From Escherichia phage vB_EcoP-U8, in the sequence record MT862763.1: DNA of 40,294 nt. One strand, written 5' to 3'. A program made the position numbers and the translations under genes. Positions 8,075-18,060 of this stretch are shown piece by piece. The first letter of the stretch is position 1; every line of letters begins with the position of its first letter. The notes under the pieces were generated by a model. It saw only the letters and a list, made by a program, of their open reading frames with translations, searched no databases and was not told the origin of the DNA.

Positions 8075-9838
8075 CTAGTGGAACGTAACGTAGTGCCCTA
8101 GTCCAAGCTCGTCGTCCGTATCGTGAGTTACCCGGACCCCATTGTCCCAGAACTCAGTGTGGATGGACTCGAAGCCTTTCCGTGGGTTCTCCATCTGTTC
8201 CTCCAGCCACTCCTCAGTGACTTCACGTTCTCCTTTGTTGGCATCCTTAGCCATAGACTCAACGAAGAACTGTACACCGATAGCCAGCGCATCAAGTCGG
8301 TCATCGTGTGCCAAGGCCCCACGTTCACGAGAGATACGGGTCATCTGATAGAAGAGAGAGTAGATAGGGTTACGAACACCATCCTTGTCAGAGGCTGTCT
8401 GGTAGTCTTGGACGATAGCAGCAGCGTTGACGATAAGTCGGTGAGACCCCATGATAGGCTCCAGAACGTCACAGATGCGGAGTTCTTTCTGACCCTTACT
8501 CTTCACTTCAGTTACAGCCGCAGGATGGATACGGGCCGCTACAGGCTTGAATAACTCAAGGTACATACCATCACCGAAGTTACCCTCAATGACGTATTCG
8601 TTGACCTTCCACTTACGACCAATCTTAGCCAAGGCTTCCAGAGTAGAGTCTTCATAACCACCACGCATACCGCCTACTTCCATAGCGAAGATGTAGCCGT
8701 TGAGCTGATACAGTACCGCATAGCCAGTTTCATCCTTACCACGACCACTAGGGTCAATGACCAGAATCTTCTGGGTGTACGAGCTGAAGGCAGAACCTAC
8801 AGTCTGATACGTGTGGTATGAGTCACCCATGAGTCCAACGTTAGGGACGTCCTCACGCTTGTTCTGAGGGTTAGGCAACCATTGGTAGACCATTGGACTA
8901 GACGCTGGGTCCAAGTCCGCTACGATAAGGTCACGGAGCTTCAGAGGGTACTTCTCAGCATCACTCAGGTTCGGGTTAAGCATGAACTGTAGAGCGAAGC
9001 CAGCTTTACCATAGGACAGCTCACGTTCCTTCAGGTCCGTATCATCGAATCGTACCTCATCGGTCGGACGCCAGTAGAAGGACTCAGGGTCCTCTTCCAG
9101 TTCTGCCTGAAGCATAGGAGCCAGACGGTCGCCGTAAGACTGCCAGTCCTTCCTGTCGCGTGGGTAACGAGCAGGCCAGATAGTAGTGGTGTACCCACGA
9201 CCTTCCAACTCACGGTACAGGGTCATCTCGTTCTGAGGAGTACCCAGATAAATGATTGTGCCTCCCGGCTTCAGGATAGCGTCGAACTCTTTCACAAGCT
9301 CTGACAGACGGTCTCGTGCAGCCTGAGTCGCAGAGTTATTAGGAACCTCCACGTCATCTGCAATCAGGATGTCAGCACGACTACCAGTCAACTGACCAGT
9401 GATACCAACAGACTTAACCGAAGGTGAGTGGTCTGGCTTGGCTGGCCCAACGTCGAAGCTAATAACAGCATCTCGCTGTCCCTGCTTAGGTTTGAGTTCC
9501 TGAAGCTGAGGCATGAGGTCGATGATTCGCTTGATGAATATGGAGTTAGCATCGGCTCGTTCCTTTGAGGCCGACACAATCATGAACTTCAAGTCTGGGT
9601 TGTTCCATAGTTTCCAGACCACGAATGCACACGTAATGAATGACTTCCCGATACCACGGAACGCCTGAAGGATGAAACGCCTGTTGTCCCCAGCCGATAG
9701 TTTCTTCGCCATGTCAATCTGACAGCGAGTCGGGACTGGGAGCGACAGAGCTTTCCACAGGACGAACAGGAAGAACACGAAGTCGGCCTTCATACGTGCC
9801 GTCATAAGCGCCTGACGCGCCGCTAAGTCTTGACTCAA
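8075..9838 (-). CDS. Terminase large subunit (T7 gp19-like DNA maturase B)
   Basis: 587 aa; collinear with T7 gp19 as recalled ([18 protein letters not shown] Walker A region, [19 protein letters not shown]). Confidence 0.95.
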   Translation of the reverse strand: MSQDLAARQALMTARMKADFVFFLFVLWKALSLPVPTRCQIDMAKKLSAGDNRRFILQAFRGIGKSFITCAFVVWKLWNNPDLKFMIVSASKERADANSIFIKRIIDLMPQLQELKPKQGQRDAVISFDVGPAKPDHSPSVKSVGITGQLTGSRADILIADDVEVPNNSATQAARDRLSELVKEFDAILKPGGTIIYLGTPQNEMTLYRELEGRGYTTTIWPARYPRDRKDWQSYGDRLAPMLQAELEEDPESFYWRPTDEVRFDDTDLKERELSYGKAGFALQFMLNPNLSDAEKYPLKLRDLIVADLDPASSPMVYQWLPNPQNKREDVPNVGLMGDSYHTYQTVGSAFSSYTQKILVIDPSGRGKDETGYAVLYQLNGYIFAMEVGGMRGGYEDSTLEALAKIGRKWKVNEYVIEGNFGDGMYLELFKPVAARIHPAAVTEVKSKGQKELRICDVLEPIMGSHRLIVNAAAIVQDYQTASDKDGVRNPIYSLFYQMTRISRERGALAHDDRLDALAIGVQFFVESMAKDANKGEREVTEEWLEEQMENPRKGFESIHTEFWDNGVRVTHDTDDELGLGHYVTFH

Positions 9839-10284
9839 GGTTTCACCTCCTTCTCTTGCTGCATGGCTCTCACGGTCTTCTGGAGGGCCTTAATCCATTC
9901 GTCACCTTTCAGTCCGATGGCGATAAGACGCTTAGCATCTCGTTCGTCAAGTTCGGCGTAACCATCAATGACGCATCGACCGTCAGTCTGGACTGTTCCA
10001 CTGGTGGGTTCGACGCGGATGCGCATCCGCTTGTTATCGCGGTTAAGGTCAGCAATAATCCTATCAGTAGAGCCTTCCAGCGCGGACATCTTGTCTTGCC
10101 ACTCGGCTGACACTTTGTCGATTTCACCTTGGACAGCAGCCCGTTGATTCTCTCGTGCCTCAAGTTTCGTGATGTACTCATCGTTTACTTTCGCCTCCCA
10201 CTTATTGTCTGCCACCCAGTAGCCTGAACAGAACAGGAGTCCTGCCACCAGCCAAGGGACGGCCTGTCGTAAAAGTTTGAGCAT
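9835..10284 (-). CDS. Rz-like i-spanin (T7 gp18.5-like)
   Basis: Matches T7 gp18.5 ([22 protein letters not shown]); start set at the Met preceded by GAGGAGGG rather than the ORF-track start at 10299. Confidence 0.8.
   Translation of the reverse strand: MLKLLRQAVPWLVAGLLFCSGYWVADNKWEAKVNDEYITKLEARENQRAAVQGEIDKVSAEWQDKMSALEGSTDRIIADLNRDNKRMRIRVEPTSGTVQTDGRCVIDGYAELDERDAKRLIAIGLKGDEWIKALQKTVRAMQQEKEVKP
9909..10181 (-). CDS. Rz1-like o-spanin lipoprotein embedded in Rz (+1 frame)
   Basis: Lipobox ITSGC; matches T7 gp18.7 as recalled ([10 protein letters not shown]..., [13 protein letters not shown]). Confidence 0.75.
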   Translation of the reverse strand: MSTSRNLRHERINGLLSKVKSTKCQPSGKTRCPRWKALLIGLLLTLTAITSGCASASNPPVEQSRLTVDASLMVTPNLTNEMLSVLSPSD

Positions 10285-10302
10285 AGTTGCCCTCCTCATT
10301 TC

Positions 10303-10674
10303 TCAGAATCGACGTACAAGCGTCTTCTCTAGGTATGAAACAGCCCGCTGGACACTAGATGTAGTATCTCCCAGTGCGCCAATTGCTGCATTGCACTTGC
10401 GGCATAAAACCCCTCTAATCACCCCAGTGGAATGACAGTGGTCAATACACGCAGAGTCTGTATCTCCTTTCTTCCCACCTACTTTAAGCGGAGTCTTGCA
10501 AATCTCGCATGAGCTTCCCACCGAGTGCATCAGGTCCTCGAACTGTTCAAGCGTGAGACCATATAGGCTCTTTATCTGCGAAATGCGCTTAGTCCTCTTT
10601 CTTCGTTCCTCCCGTTCCTCTCGTAATTTACGAGCAGCTTGAACGTTAGCCTTTATAACATCTTCCGATACCAT
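10303..10674 (-). CDS. Endonuclease VII-family protein (putative homing endonuclease) between gene 18 and 18.5
   Basis: CEICK...IDHCHSTGVIRGVLCRKCN, the Cys/His pattern of T4 endo VII-type proteins; SD AGGAGGTGGT before ATG. Confidence 0.75.
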   Translation of the reverse strand: MVSEDVIKANVQAARKLREEREERRKRTKRISQIKSLYGLTLEQFEDLMHSVGSSCEICKTPLKVGGKKGDTDSACIDHCHSTGVIRGVLCRKCNAAIGALGDTTSSVQRAVSYLEKTLVRRF

Positions 10675-10688
10675 ACCACCTCCTAGTG

Positions 10689-10726
10689 TTAATCATAAAG
10701 GCCACCAATAGATGACCTTGAGTCTA
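10689..10726 (-). promoter_or_regulatory. Conserved leader stem-loop element, copy B (candidate RNase III site, R18.5 position)
   Basis: TAATCATAAAGGCCAC-N-ATGACCTTGAGTCTA immediately upstream of the endo VII-like gene RBS. Confidence 0.4.
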
Positions 10727-10730
10727 ACAC

Positions 10731-10994
10731 TTACTGGACACCATACCCAGTGTCATTATCCTCGGTCGCTGATAGCACCTTGTCGTACTCTCTGTTCAGC
10801 GCCTCCATGTCTGCCAACTGCTTCTCGTCCACCGACACCTTGCTTAACACAAAGTTGTGACGGGCCAGCAGCTTCTCGATGGCGTTGTAGAGCTGGGGCG
10901 AACGCTTAGAGTCATCCCGCAGGTCTTGCAGCATTAGTCGAGCACGTTCGGTGTCCAGCATTAACAGGAACTTCTCTAAGTCCATCTGCGTCAT
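10731..10994 (-). CDS. Terminase small subunit (T7 gp18-like)
   Basis: 87 aa; FLLMLDTERARLML...RSPQLYNAIEKLL matches T7 gp18 as recalled. Confidence 0.85.
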   Translation of the reverse strand: MTQMDLEKFLLMLDTERARLMLQDLRDDSKRSPQLYNAIEKLLARHNFVLSKVSVDEKQLADMEALNREYDKVLSATEDNDTGYGVQ

Positions 10995-11185
10995 GTCTTA
11001 CCTCCGCTCTTAATCGTCTTGTAAATTAGGACGCCAATCTGCACCACGGTGTACGCGATAGCAGCGACGTAGAACCATTCGTTGAGCGTTAGCCCAAAGA
11101 AGAACCGACTGGCACCATCAGCCGCAGCGGTCCCGACGATAGGCGAGGCTTTGAGGACCTCATTCTTGAAGTCAAACTCAATCAT
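10991..11185 (-). CDS. Holin (T7 gp17.5-like)
   Basis: 64 aa; GLTLNEWFYVAAIAYTVVQIG nearly identical to T7 gp17.5 as recalled. Confidence 0.85.
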   Translation of the reverse strand: MIEFDFKNEVLKASPIVGTAAADGASRFFFGLTLNEWFYVAAIAYTVVQIGVLIYKTIKSGGKT

Positions 11186-11252
11186 AATACCTCCATTGTT
11201 AAACGGGCCGTCCTTGACCCAAAGTTGTTACCATACGTTGGTCAGCGTGTAG

Positions 11253-14108
11253 TTAGCCCCTACCTCCACAACCTTCAAGTTTATCCAGTCGTGTTTCAAT
11301 CCTGTCGCAGCGACGTCGCTGATAAGCGGCCTCCAACCAGAAACACTGATCTGGACGAATGCCCCAGCGATTACCGGCAGCTCTAGTAAGTAGGGTATTA
11401 CCGGTTTCCACTTGACGGGTAACTTCGGTATCGACACCATCAATATTAACAGTGATAACCTCATCAACGAACTCAGGTTCATACTCATCTTCCCACTCGT
11501 CATAGCAAAGCAGACCGAAGGTAGTACCATCCAAACCATGCTTTATGAAGGTATCACGAACTTGCTGGGCAATTACCCCGAAATGCCAACGAGCAGAATC
11601 TTCACCTTTAGCCGCAATAGAAGATAACCACTTGTACGTGATTATCTGCACGTCGCCCCAGGCATCAAGGATATCATCCGAGATTTCAAACGGGTAAGTT
11701 TTTTCACGGGAGTCGGACGTATTAATAGTACCAATCGCTGCGAAGACTTGAGCCACACGTAATGCTGGGTTGCCTAAATTGTAAGCGTTATCTGTGTATG
11801 GACGTAGAGATGTATTATCTATACGCCATCGAATAGTGCCACCTACGGTTTCGGGCGACGGATTAGTAGCAAAACTAATAGACGTAGCACTCTTAAATAC
11901 CGACGATCCACCACCTAAGATAAGAGAATGTGCAGATGCGGAACTTTGTTGATCGAGGACAAGAATCTGTTCTGATTCGGTTAAAGTTTTATTACCGAAA
12001 GCCCTAGCTGCAATTCGACCTTGGGTTAATGCACCAGAGTCAGTATTATTCAGGGTTAAGCGATAAGTCTCTAAACCGATAGCCCCAGTAATTACGGTAT
12101 AACCGGAAGTGTCATAAGTTACACGCACAGTCTTACGGGTAGTTGGCCCAGTCTGATCTATAGAGAAGCTCTGATTATTCAGGTTGCTGATATGAAGCTC
12201 TATCCCAATTGGGTAGGCAACTCCATCCAGATCTGTAAGACCGGTGCTTGACGTATAGATAGTAACTGCCTTCTGCCCAGACAGCCGCATAAAGTCCAAT
12301 ACTGCTGACATTGAAGTCATGGCACTACCGGTCAGAGGGTTATAGAGTACGTCGCCTGCGAGGATTCGTGGATAAACCCCAGAAGCCATCCGAATGGTAT
12401 CGTAACCTGGAGATACCGTTGTCACCGCAGAAAAATCCAAGTCTGGGGAGTTGGAATACTCTTTGGTAATTAGGATCCCATGCGTATACGCATTCGAGGC
12501 GGTTCGGTTGTTATAGATCCATAAGGTGAACACCTCACCATTTGAATAGCAGATGCCCTCATTCTCTATACGAGAAGTCGTTAAGCCTTTAGCGTCCAGA
12601 ACACTAATAAAACCAGTAGGGGGCATTACTGCCTCCACCATTTTGTGCCCGTCAGTGCTGAATGCTTTTACTCCCTGATAATTAGTAGGTGCTTCCACAG
12701 TTGTTCCTGTAATGTAAACACCACCGAATGCCATAATCAGAACACCCGGAGCTAAACAGATTGCTTGTCGCTTAGTTTGAAGCGGCCCGTAATCAGTAGT
12801 AGTTGTCGTGATGTATCCAGCATCATACGGAGAAAATTCCGTGAAACCAGTTAATGCAAATGCGGAGTTGAAGTACGCAATAACATTACGTTGACGGTTA
12901 ATGCCCAACGCTGGGATGGCCTGTTCAACTGCCCACATTCCATTATGGAAGGAGAACTGGTTATACAGACCCACTTGGTGTAACGCTGTATAGCTAATCG
13001 TGGTGCCATAGGTCACTGCTGAGATATCAAACTCAGCTAAGTTACCATCGTAGGATCCAAGGAATAACTTAAGTGAACCATAGTAATTGGTTACGATAAT
13101 CCCCTCGGATACCGCAGAACCATTTACCCCTGTGCCTCCATTATTAGTCTGGAGATACCCTAAGTATTCACCTTCACCTGAGTAAACTACAACGAAACGT
13201 TCCGTAGCTGCGTTGTTACTTGGGCCATATGCAATGTAGATATTGCCATCATCCCCGATACAGAATGACCCCGGATAAATAAACGTCCAGTCAGGGTGCG
13301 CCGCCAGAATAGCATCGTAATCTGGGAATAGTAATGGCAGGTCAAAACTAATTTCTTTTTTATCTGCGCCAGAATTAGCCCAACGGCTGCTCAGGACTGT
13401 AGACAGTGTTTCCCCGTTTTTTGTGCCGATTAAATTTGTTCCGGTTGGTTTTGCAATATCGGCGCGCAATGACGCATCACCAACACTAACCCACGCACCC
13501 AAACCAACGCCGCCAGACGTTTCAGGAGTTGAACCAACAGGCACTGTTTTTGGCAGTCCACCATCCCAGCGGTAATACTCACCATCAGCTTCCCATAGCA
13601 GGACCTCGTTCCATGTTGTAATGTTGATGCCTTTCTCGAAGGAGCGACGGGTAATATAGCCGATTCGACCAGATGCCTGGATATTATCAGCGATTCGTCG
13701 TGCTTCGTCCTCGCTATCCTTAGCGTTGCCAGCAGAGCTACCAGCAGCATCTGCATATTCCTTCACTAAGTCAACCGTTTGGTCTCGACCTTCTTCTGCA
13801 ATATGGATAGCCTGAAGCTCTGAATTTGTCAGGTCACTAGCTGTCAACACTGAGCCATTCCTGAAATCTACCACTAAGTCAGTTCCAGTCTGACGGTGAA
13901 TACGAACTATGTCGAAACCTGATTGGTCAACCAACATCTCAATCATCGTTGGATTAAGGAATCGGTAATCTCGACCAACTTCCAGTACACGGTTCAGGGT
14001 AGGGTTAGAGCTATTCACCAGCGTAACAACAACAAACGTTCTGGATAGGTAGTCGAACTCAATCCTGTACTGAGTGTTTCCTGAAGGGAATTGTGTAATC
14101 GTGGACAT
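11253..14108 (-). CDS. Tail fiber/tailspike (gp17-like N-terminal adapter, divergent distal domain, C-terminal chaperone-like domain)
   Basis: 951 aa vs 553 in T7; first ~150 aa match T7 gp17 N-terminus (FVVVTL, LVVDFRNGSVL); C-terminus contains NTSDSREK...WHFGVIAQQV resembling intramolecular chaperone (peptidase S74-like) domains. Confidence 0.9.
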   Translation of the reverse strand: MSTITQFPSGNTQYRIEFDYLSRTFVVVTLVNSSNPTLNRVLEVGRDYRFLNPTMIEMLVDQSGFDIVRIHRQTGTDLVVDFRNGSVLTASDLTNSELQAIHIAEEGRDQTVDLVKEYADAAGSSAGNAKDSEDEARRIADNIQASGRIGYITRRSFEKGINITTWNEVLLWEADGEYYRWDGGLPKTVPVGSTPETSGGVGLGAWVSVGDASLRADIAKPTGTNLIGTKNGETLSTVLSSRWANSGADKKEISFDLPLLFPDYDAILAAHPDWTFIYPGSFCIGDDGNIYIAYGPSNNAATERFVVVYSGEGEYLGYLQTNNGGTGVNGSAVSEGIIVTNYYGSLKLFLGSYDGNLAEFDISAVTYGTTISYTALHQVGLYNQFSFHNGMWAVEQAIPALGINRQRNVIAYFNSAFALTGFTEFSPYDAGYITTTTTDYGPLQTKRQAICLAPGVLIMAFGGVYITGTTVEAPTNYQGVKAFSTDGHKMVEAVMPPTGFISVLDAKGLTTSRIENEGICYSNGEVFTLWIYNNRTASNAYTHGILITKEYSNSPDLDFSAVTTVSPGYDTIRMASGVYPRILAGDVLYNPLTGSAMTSMSAVLDFMRLSGQKAVTIYTSSTGLTDLDGVAYPIGIELHISNLNNQSFSIDQTGPTTRKTVRVTYDTSGYTVITGAIGLETYRLTLNNTDSGALTQGRIAARAFGNKTLTESEQILVLDQQSSASAHSLILGGGSSVFKSATSISFATNPSPETVGGTIRWRIDNTSLRPYTDNAYNLGNPALRVAQVFAAIGTINTSDSREKTYPFEISDDILDAWGDVQIITYKWLSSIAAKGEDSARWHFGVIAQQVRDTFIKHGLDGTTFGLLCYDEWEDEYEPEFVDEVITVNIDGVDTEVTRQVETGNTLLTRAAGNRWGIRPDQCFWLEAAYQRRRCDRIETRLDKLEGCGGRG

Positions 14109-14154
14109 TATGCCTCCTTTGTGATTTAAATGGAGACCTATGGTAGCGCCTCCA

Positions 14155-14177
14155 GTTTCCTATAGTGATAGTTTAGT
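14155..14177 (-). promoter_or_regulatory. Phage RNA polymerase promoter (phi17 position)
   Basis: CCTATAGTGATAGTTTAG at 14159..14176; overlaps gene 16 stop codon; 50 nt upstream of gene 17 ATG. Confidence 0.75.
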
Positions 14178-17100
14178 CCTTGATGTGGATGCCTTGCTCC
14201 TCAAACGTTCCAAGCAGCAGCTTCTGGGTAATGGGGTCGTTCGGAACCAGTTCACGGAACGTATTATACATCCCGGTCATGTAGTCACGCTCGTTGACAC
14301 GAGTATCAGCCTTGAGGTAGCCAGCCAAGTTGTAAGCCGAAGCGCCAACGTTAGCAGCATATCCGAAAGCTGGAACCTGCTCCAAGAAGTTACCAACAAC
14401 ATTCATCACAGGGTCACTTGTAGCTGCACCATACGCGATGGCACGCTCAGGCTTCTCTGTAGGAGAACGAGGTAGGATAGAAGAACGGAGCATCTTAGTG
14501 TCCTCATATCCAGCGATGCCTCCCAGAATGTTAGCTACCCCAAGTGGGCCACCAAGATGTGAACTACGGGACAGGGCCGCATAGCCAATCATCGTTGGGT
14601 CCAGAGCTTGCTTAAGGTAGTCACGGTCTCGACCATCCTGCATAGCATAAGCCTTGACATGCGCCTGAGCCATGTAGTAGATACCAGCCAGACCCATAGA
14701 CATCACGGTCGACAGTGCAGCGTCAATCGCTCTGTTGTTCTTCGTGGCGTTATAGAAGGTTCGCATGGTTCTCCCATTGATAGACTTGATGACGAAGTTC
14801 TTAAACTGAAGGACAGTCTTAGCGAGAGGACCATAAGCCTTGGCGTCCATGTTTGACAGCTTATGAGGCCGGAGTAACGTCTCGTCAGCGATGGTGTCAC
14901 CCATACGCCACAGGTCCATAGCCCTTGGGTCCTGACTAAACGCCTTCTTATCCTTGATGGTGTACTTCCCGTCTGGACCACGAGTCACTGACTCACGGAT
15001 TAGGGACTTAATACCCTTCCACTGCTCGTCAGAGATACCAGCGGTCTTCAGCCAGCGGTCATCAAACTTACGCTTACTACCAGTCAGACTATGCTCCACG
15101 ATGTCAGACAGGAAGCCTTGACGTCCAGCATCTAACAGGTAGTTTGTCGTACCGTTGAGGACTTTAGTGAACGGAGAGCGTACTGCAAGTTCACCAGTGT
15201 AATACTTGGCAGTCCCCAGAGCTGTGGCTGTACCACTACCTAGGTCACTGTAAGATCTCAGACGGTCAATGACATCCTGTTTAGACGGACGGATTGAGTC
15301 ATCCAGTTCCTTACCGAAGATAACATTGTGCAGGTCCTTAATCTCTGAGGCCCCTACCTTCTTGTTACGGAAGGCTAGGTCACGGAACATAGGGACTCCA
15401 TGTAGCAATGCACGAACGTTACCACGAGCTAGCATACCACCAATCTCCGTTAAGTTCTGAACACCCATGTAGGCATTCTTAGCGAAGAACGATAGGTCTG
15501 TCATTGTGCGCATCACGGTAGCGAAGGCAGCATCGTCAGCACCATCACGTCGGGCACGACCAGTGAGAATCTTCAAGGTGTCACGTAAGGTCGAGACCTC
15601 ACCTTTCAACTTGCCGTCATCACCAGCCTTGTTCATCATGGTCTCAACCAAGTCCTTCATATCCTTCGTGGTTTTGCCTGTACCAGCCATGATAGCAATA
15701 TCGCCATTAACTCGACGGTTGTAGGCCGGGACAATCTTGTCCATGTCCCACTCACGCAGGTTGTTGACACTGAAGGTCTGACCGTTAGGCAGGACGATTG
15801 ACATATCACTATCGAACAGGTTACGAGCCTCAAGGAAGCTGTTGTTCTCCAGACCAACCAGGCCGTTGATGTTCTCTTCCATTACGGATGAACGTTCGAA
15901 CTGCTCGGTGTGAGAGATACCATAAGCCTTATCGTTTGCGTACTTATCTACCGCAGCCGCAAGTCCTTCTGGAGTCAACGTAGGGTCAGCCTCTAAGAGT
16001 GCCTCGTCCACACGTTTCTTGACCTCAGGTCGAGACGCATAGCTGGTCAACCATGACTTCTTGATGGCCTCCTGTAGTGCCTCTGGACTTCCAAGCTCCT
16101 TGATGTACAGCTCCTTCATCTGTTTGCTATACACATGCGGGACGTAGGTTCCCTTGAAGCGGCTACCCGGAAAGATAGACTGAGCGTCTGGACGACCAAA
16201 CATCGCTGGGTTCTCCATCATCTCACGCTTGGCGTCGAACTGGTTCTTCAGTAGGTCATAGACTTTCAGTTCTCCAGGAGTCAGTTCAGCCTTCAGGTTT
16301 CCGCTACCGTCTTCGATAGCCATAGACACACGCTGGTAGATGTCCTGACGGAATGCGCCAGAGTCTCGCCAGAATGCAGTCTGGAAGTACGGGTCCTTTA
16401 GTGCCTCAGTAACCGCATCGTCGATGTCGTTGTAGAACCGATGGTCCACAGAACGAAGTCTCTCGAACACGTCTGACGCAGTTGTCCCGATTTTACCTGA
16501 GGCCCCAGACTGCATACCAGTAGGTGAACGCACTAAGTCAGCAGCTACTCCACGAATCTCAGGGTTCTCAGACCGAAGCAGCTTCAGGCCAATCTCGGTA
16601 AGTCCACCAAGGTTCACACCAGCAGCGGCACGTTCCGGCTCAATCACTTCGTCAAAGACTTGACGTGTCTTAGGGTTCAGAGGGTTCTCACCAATCAGGA
16701 TTGAACCGTCTTCCAGTCGTACACTTCCCGGCTCATTCGGAACGTCAGCGAACTTAACGCCTTGATGACTAAAGGTCTGCTCACCTTCCTGAATAGGTAG
16801 ACGAGATAGGTCCTGACCATCAACGTTACGAGCAGTCTCACGAGCTTCCAGACGTGTAGCTGGACCAGCGAACTCATTAGTGTTTCGACCTAAGGCTCTG
16901 CCTAATCCATCAGCGATAGCAGTCATACCTCCACCGAAGAGAGCACCACCAAGGATAGCCTCAGCCACATGAGCATCCCCACCAGCCACTGATGTACGGG
17001 CCATCTCTGACACACCAGCAAGTGCTCCAGATTGAGCAGCCACGGTGAACATCTTATTGACCAGCTTAGCACCTTTACCAACCTGTCCAGCAATAGGAAC

Positions 17101-18060
17101 GTATGTCAGAGGGTCCACGCCAGCACCAATAACACCAGCAGCTAACTGAGCGCCAGTCCCAGCCTTGGCCTTCTCTTGGTCCAACTTCTGGTTCTCAATC
17201 GCCAAGTTAATAAGCTCAGTCAGGTTCTGAGGGGAGCCACCAGTAATGACTCCGTAATACTGAGGCAGAACCCCAGCGTTACGAATCTGGTCCAGCTCCT
17301 CACGAGACCACTTATGGTTGTTCCATCGCGTCGGGTTGAACACATCGCCAATGACATCCAGTGAGTCCTCAGTCTGACCAGCTCTGATAGCCACGCCGAC
17401 CATAGAGTTCTTCACTTCAGCTTCTGTAGCCGCACCGAAACCGAACCACGTAGAGCGATCCTCTCGTTCCTGCATGGTCTCGCCAGTAGCCTTATAGAAC
17501 ATCTCACCGAACGATTCGTTGGGAGCTTCAGGTGCTTGACCCTCAATGTTCATACCAGCAGCGGTCGGAAGGTTCTCACCCAGAGCTACTTTAGGTTTAT
17601 CCTTGAGTCCTTCCGTGAGTGCGTCAAATACGTTAGCGCTTACTGGTGGAGTCTTTGGGCTAATGCCATTGAGTGCTCGTGCGACTCCCTTCTGATAGAC
17701 TTCAGGGTCGTACCGGGAGCCTGTCTCATGGAAGCTGATAGCTTGAGCCAGAGAAGACAGGGTGTCAGGGTCCGATAGGTCGAGACTCTGGGTCGCCGGG
17801 ATGCCCGTAGCCGAAGCCACTGACTGAATGTACGCCTGAGTGTCGTTCTCGTTCGGAGGTGCCCAACGGTTGATAATCTTCTCGATAGAGTCATAACCTT
17901 GGCGACCGTAGCTTTGAAGGTTTTTAGCTAAGGCTCGGACCCCAGATTCAGGACTATCGAAGATAACGAACGCACCATCATCACCTATAGCACCTTCCCA
18001 TTGGTCTTTGGACTTACGGAGGTTCCCGGGGTTTGAATTCCTTACTCCACGTGTCGCCAT
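14173..18060 (-). CDS. Internal virion protein D (gp16-like) with non-canonical N-terminal domain
   Basis: 1295 aa; long collinear match to T7 gp16 from about residue 250 onward (ENPAMFG, GTYVPHVY, AYNRRVNGDIAIMG); N-terminal ~120 aa does not match the T7 transglycosylase motif. Confidence 0.9.
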   Translation of the reverse strand: MATRGVRNSNPGNLRKSKDQWEGAIGDDGAFVIFDSPESGVRALAKNLQSYGRQGYDSIEKIINRWAPPNENDTQAYIQSVASATGIPATQSLDLSDPDTLSSLAQAISFHETGSRYDPEVYQKGVARALNGISPKTPPVSANVFDALTEGLKDKPKVALGENLPTAAGMNIEGQAPEAPNESFGEMFYKATGETMQEREDRSTWFGFGAATEAEVKNSMVGVAIRAGQTEDSLDVIGDVFNPTRWNNHKWSREELDQIRNAGVLPQYYGVITGGSPQNLTELINLAIENQKLDQEKAKAGTGAQLAAGVIGAGVDPLTYVPIAGQVGKGAKLVNKMFTVAAQSGALAGVSEMARTSVAGGDAHVAEAILGGALFGGGMTAIADGLGRALGRNTNEFAGPATRLEARETARNVDGQDLSRLPIQEGEQTFSHQGVKFADVPNEPGSVRLEDGSILIGENPLNPKTRQVFDEVIEPERAAAGVNLGGLTEIGLKLLRSENPEIRGVAADLVRSPTGMQSGASGKIGTTASDVFERLRSVDHRFYNDIDDAVTEALKDPYFQTAFWRDSGAFRQDIYQRVSMAIEDGSGNLKAELTPGELKVYDLLKNQFDAKREMMENPAMFGRPDAQSIFPGSRFKGTYVPHVYSKQMKELYIKELGSPEALQEAIKKSWLTSYASRPEVKKRVDEALLEADPTLTPEGLAAAVDKYANDKAYGISHTEQFERSSVMEENINGLVGLENNSFLEARNLFDSDMSIVLPNGQTFSVNNLREWDMDKIVPAYNRRVNGDIAIMAGTGKTTKDMKDLVETMMNKAGDDGKLKGEVSTLRDTLKILTGRARRDGADDAAFATVMRTMTDLSFFAKNAYMGVQNLTEIGGMLARGNVRALLHGVPMFRDLAFRNKKVGASEIKDLHNVIFGKELDDSIRPSKQDVIDRLRSYSDLGSGTATALGTAKYYTGELAVRSPFTKVLNGTTNYLLDAGRQGFLSDIVEHSLTGSKRKFDDRWLKTAGISDEQWKGIKSLIRESVTRGPDGKYTIKDKKAFSQDPRAMDLWRMGDTIADETLLRPHKLSNMDAKAYGPLAKTVLQFKNFVIKSINGRTMRTFYNATKNNRAIDAALSTVMSMGLAGIYYMAQAHVKAYAMQDGRDRDYLKQALDPTMIGYAALSRSSHLGGPLGVANILGGIAGYEDTKMLRSSILPRSPTEKPERAIAYGAATSDPVMNVVGNFLEQVPAFGYAANVGASAYNLAGYLKADTRVNERDYMTGMYNTFRELVPNDPITQKLLLGTFEEQGIHIKD

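Noticed and set aside
6968-8075. CRISPR array among the repeats of the genome-end region
   Set aside because: Repeats are 12-15 bp, irregularly spaced and few; no regular repeat-spacer periodicity.
8123-8554. Plus-strand 143-aa ORF inside the large terminase gene
   Set aside because: Antisense to a conserved terminase gene; no independent support.
11228-11539. 103-aa minus-strand ORF overlapping the 3' end of the tail fiber gene
   Set aside because: Alternate frame inside the tail fiber gene with no RBS; the holin gene follows independently.
13430-13756. 108-aa alternate-frame ORF inside the tail fiber gene
   Set aside because: No RBS, embedded in a long confident CDS; likely spurious.
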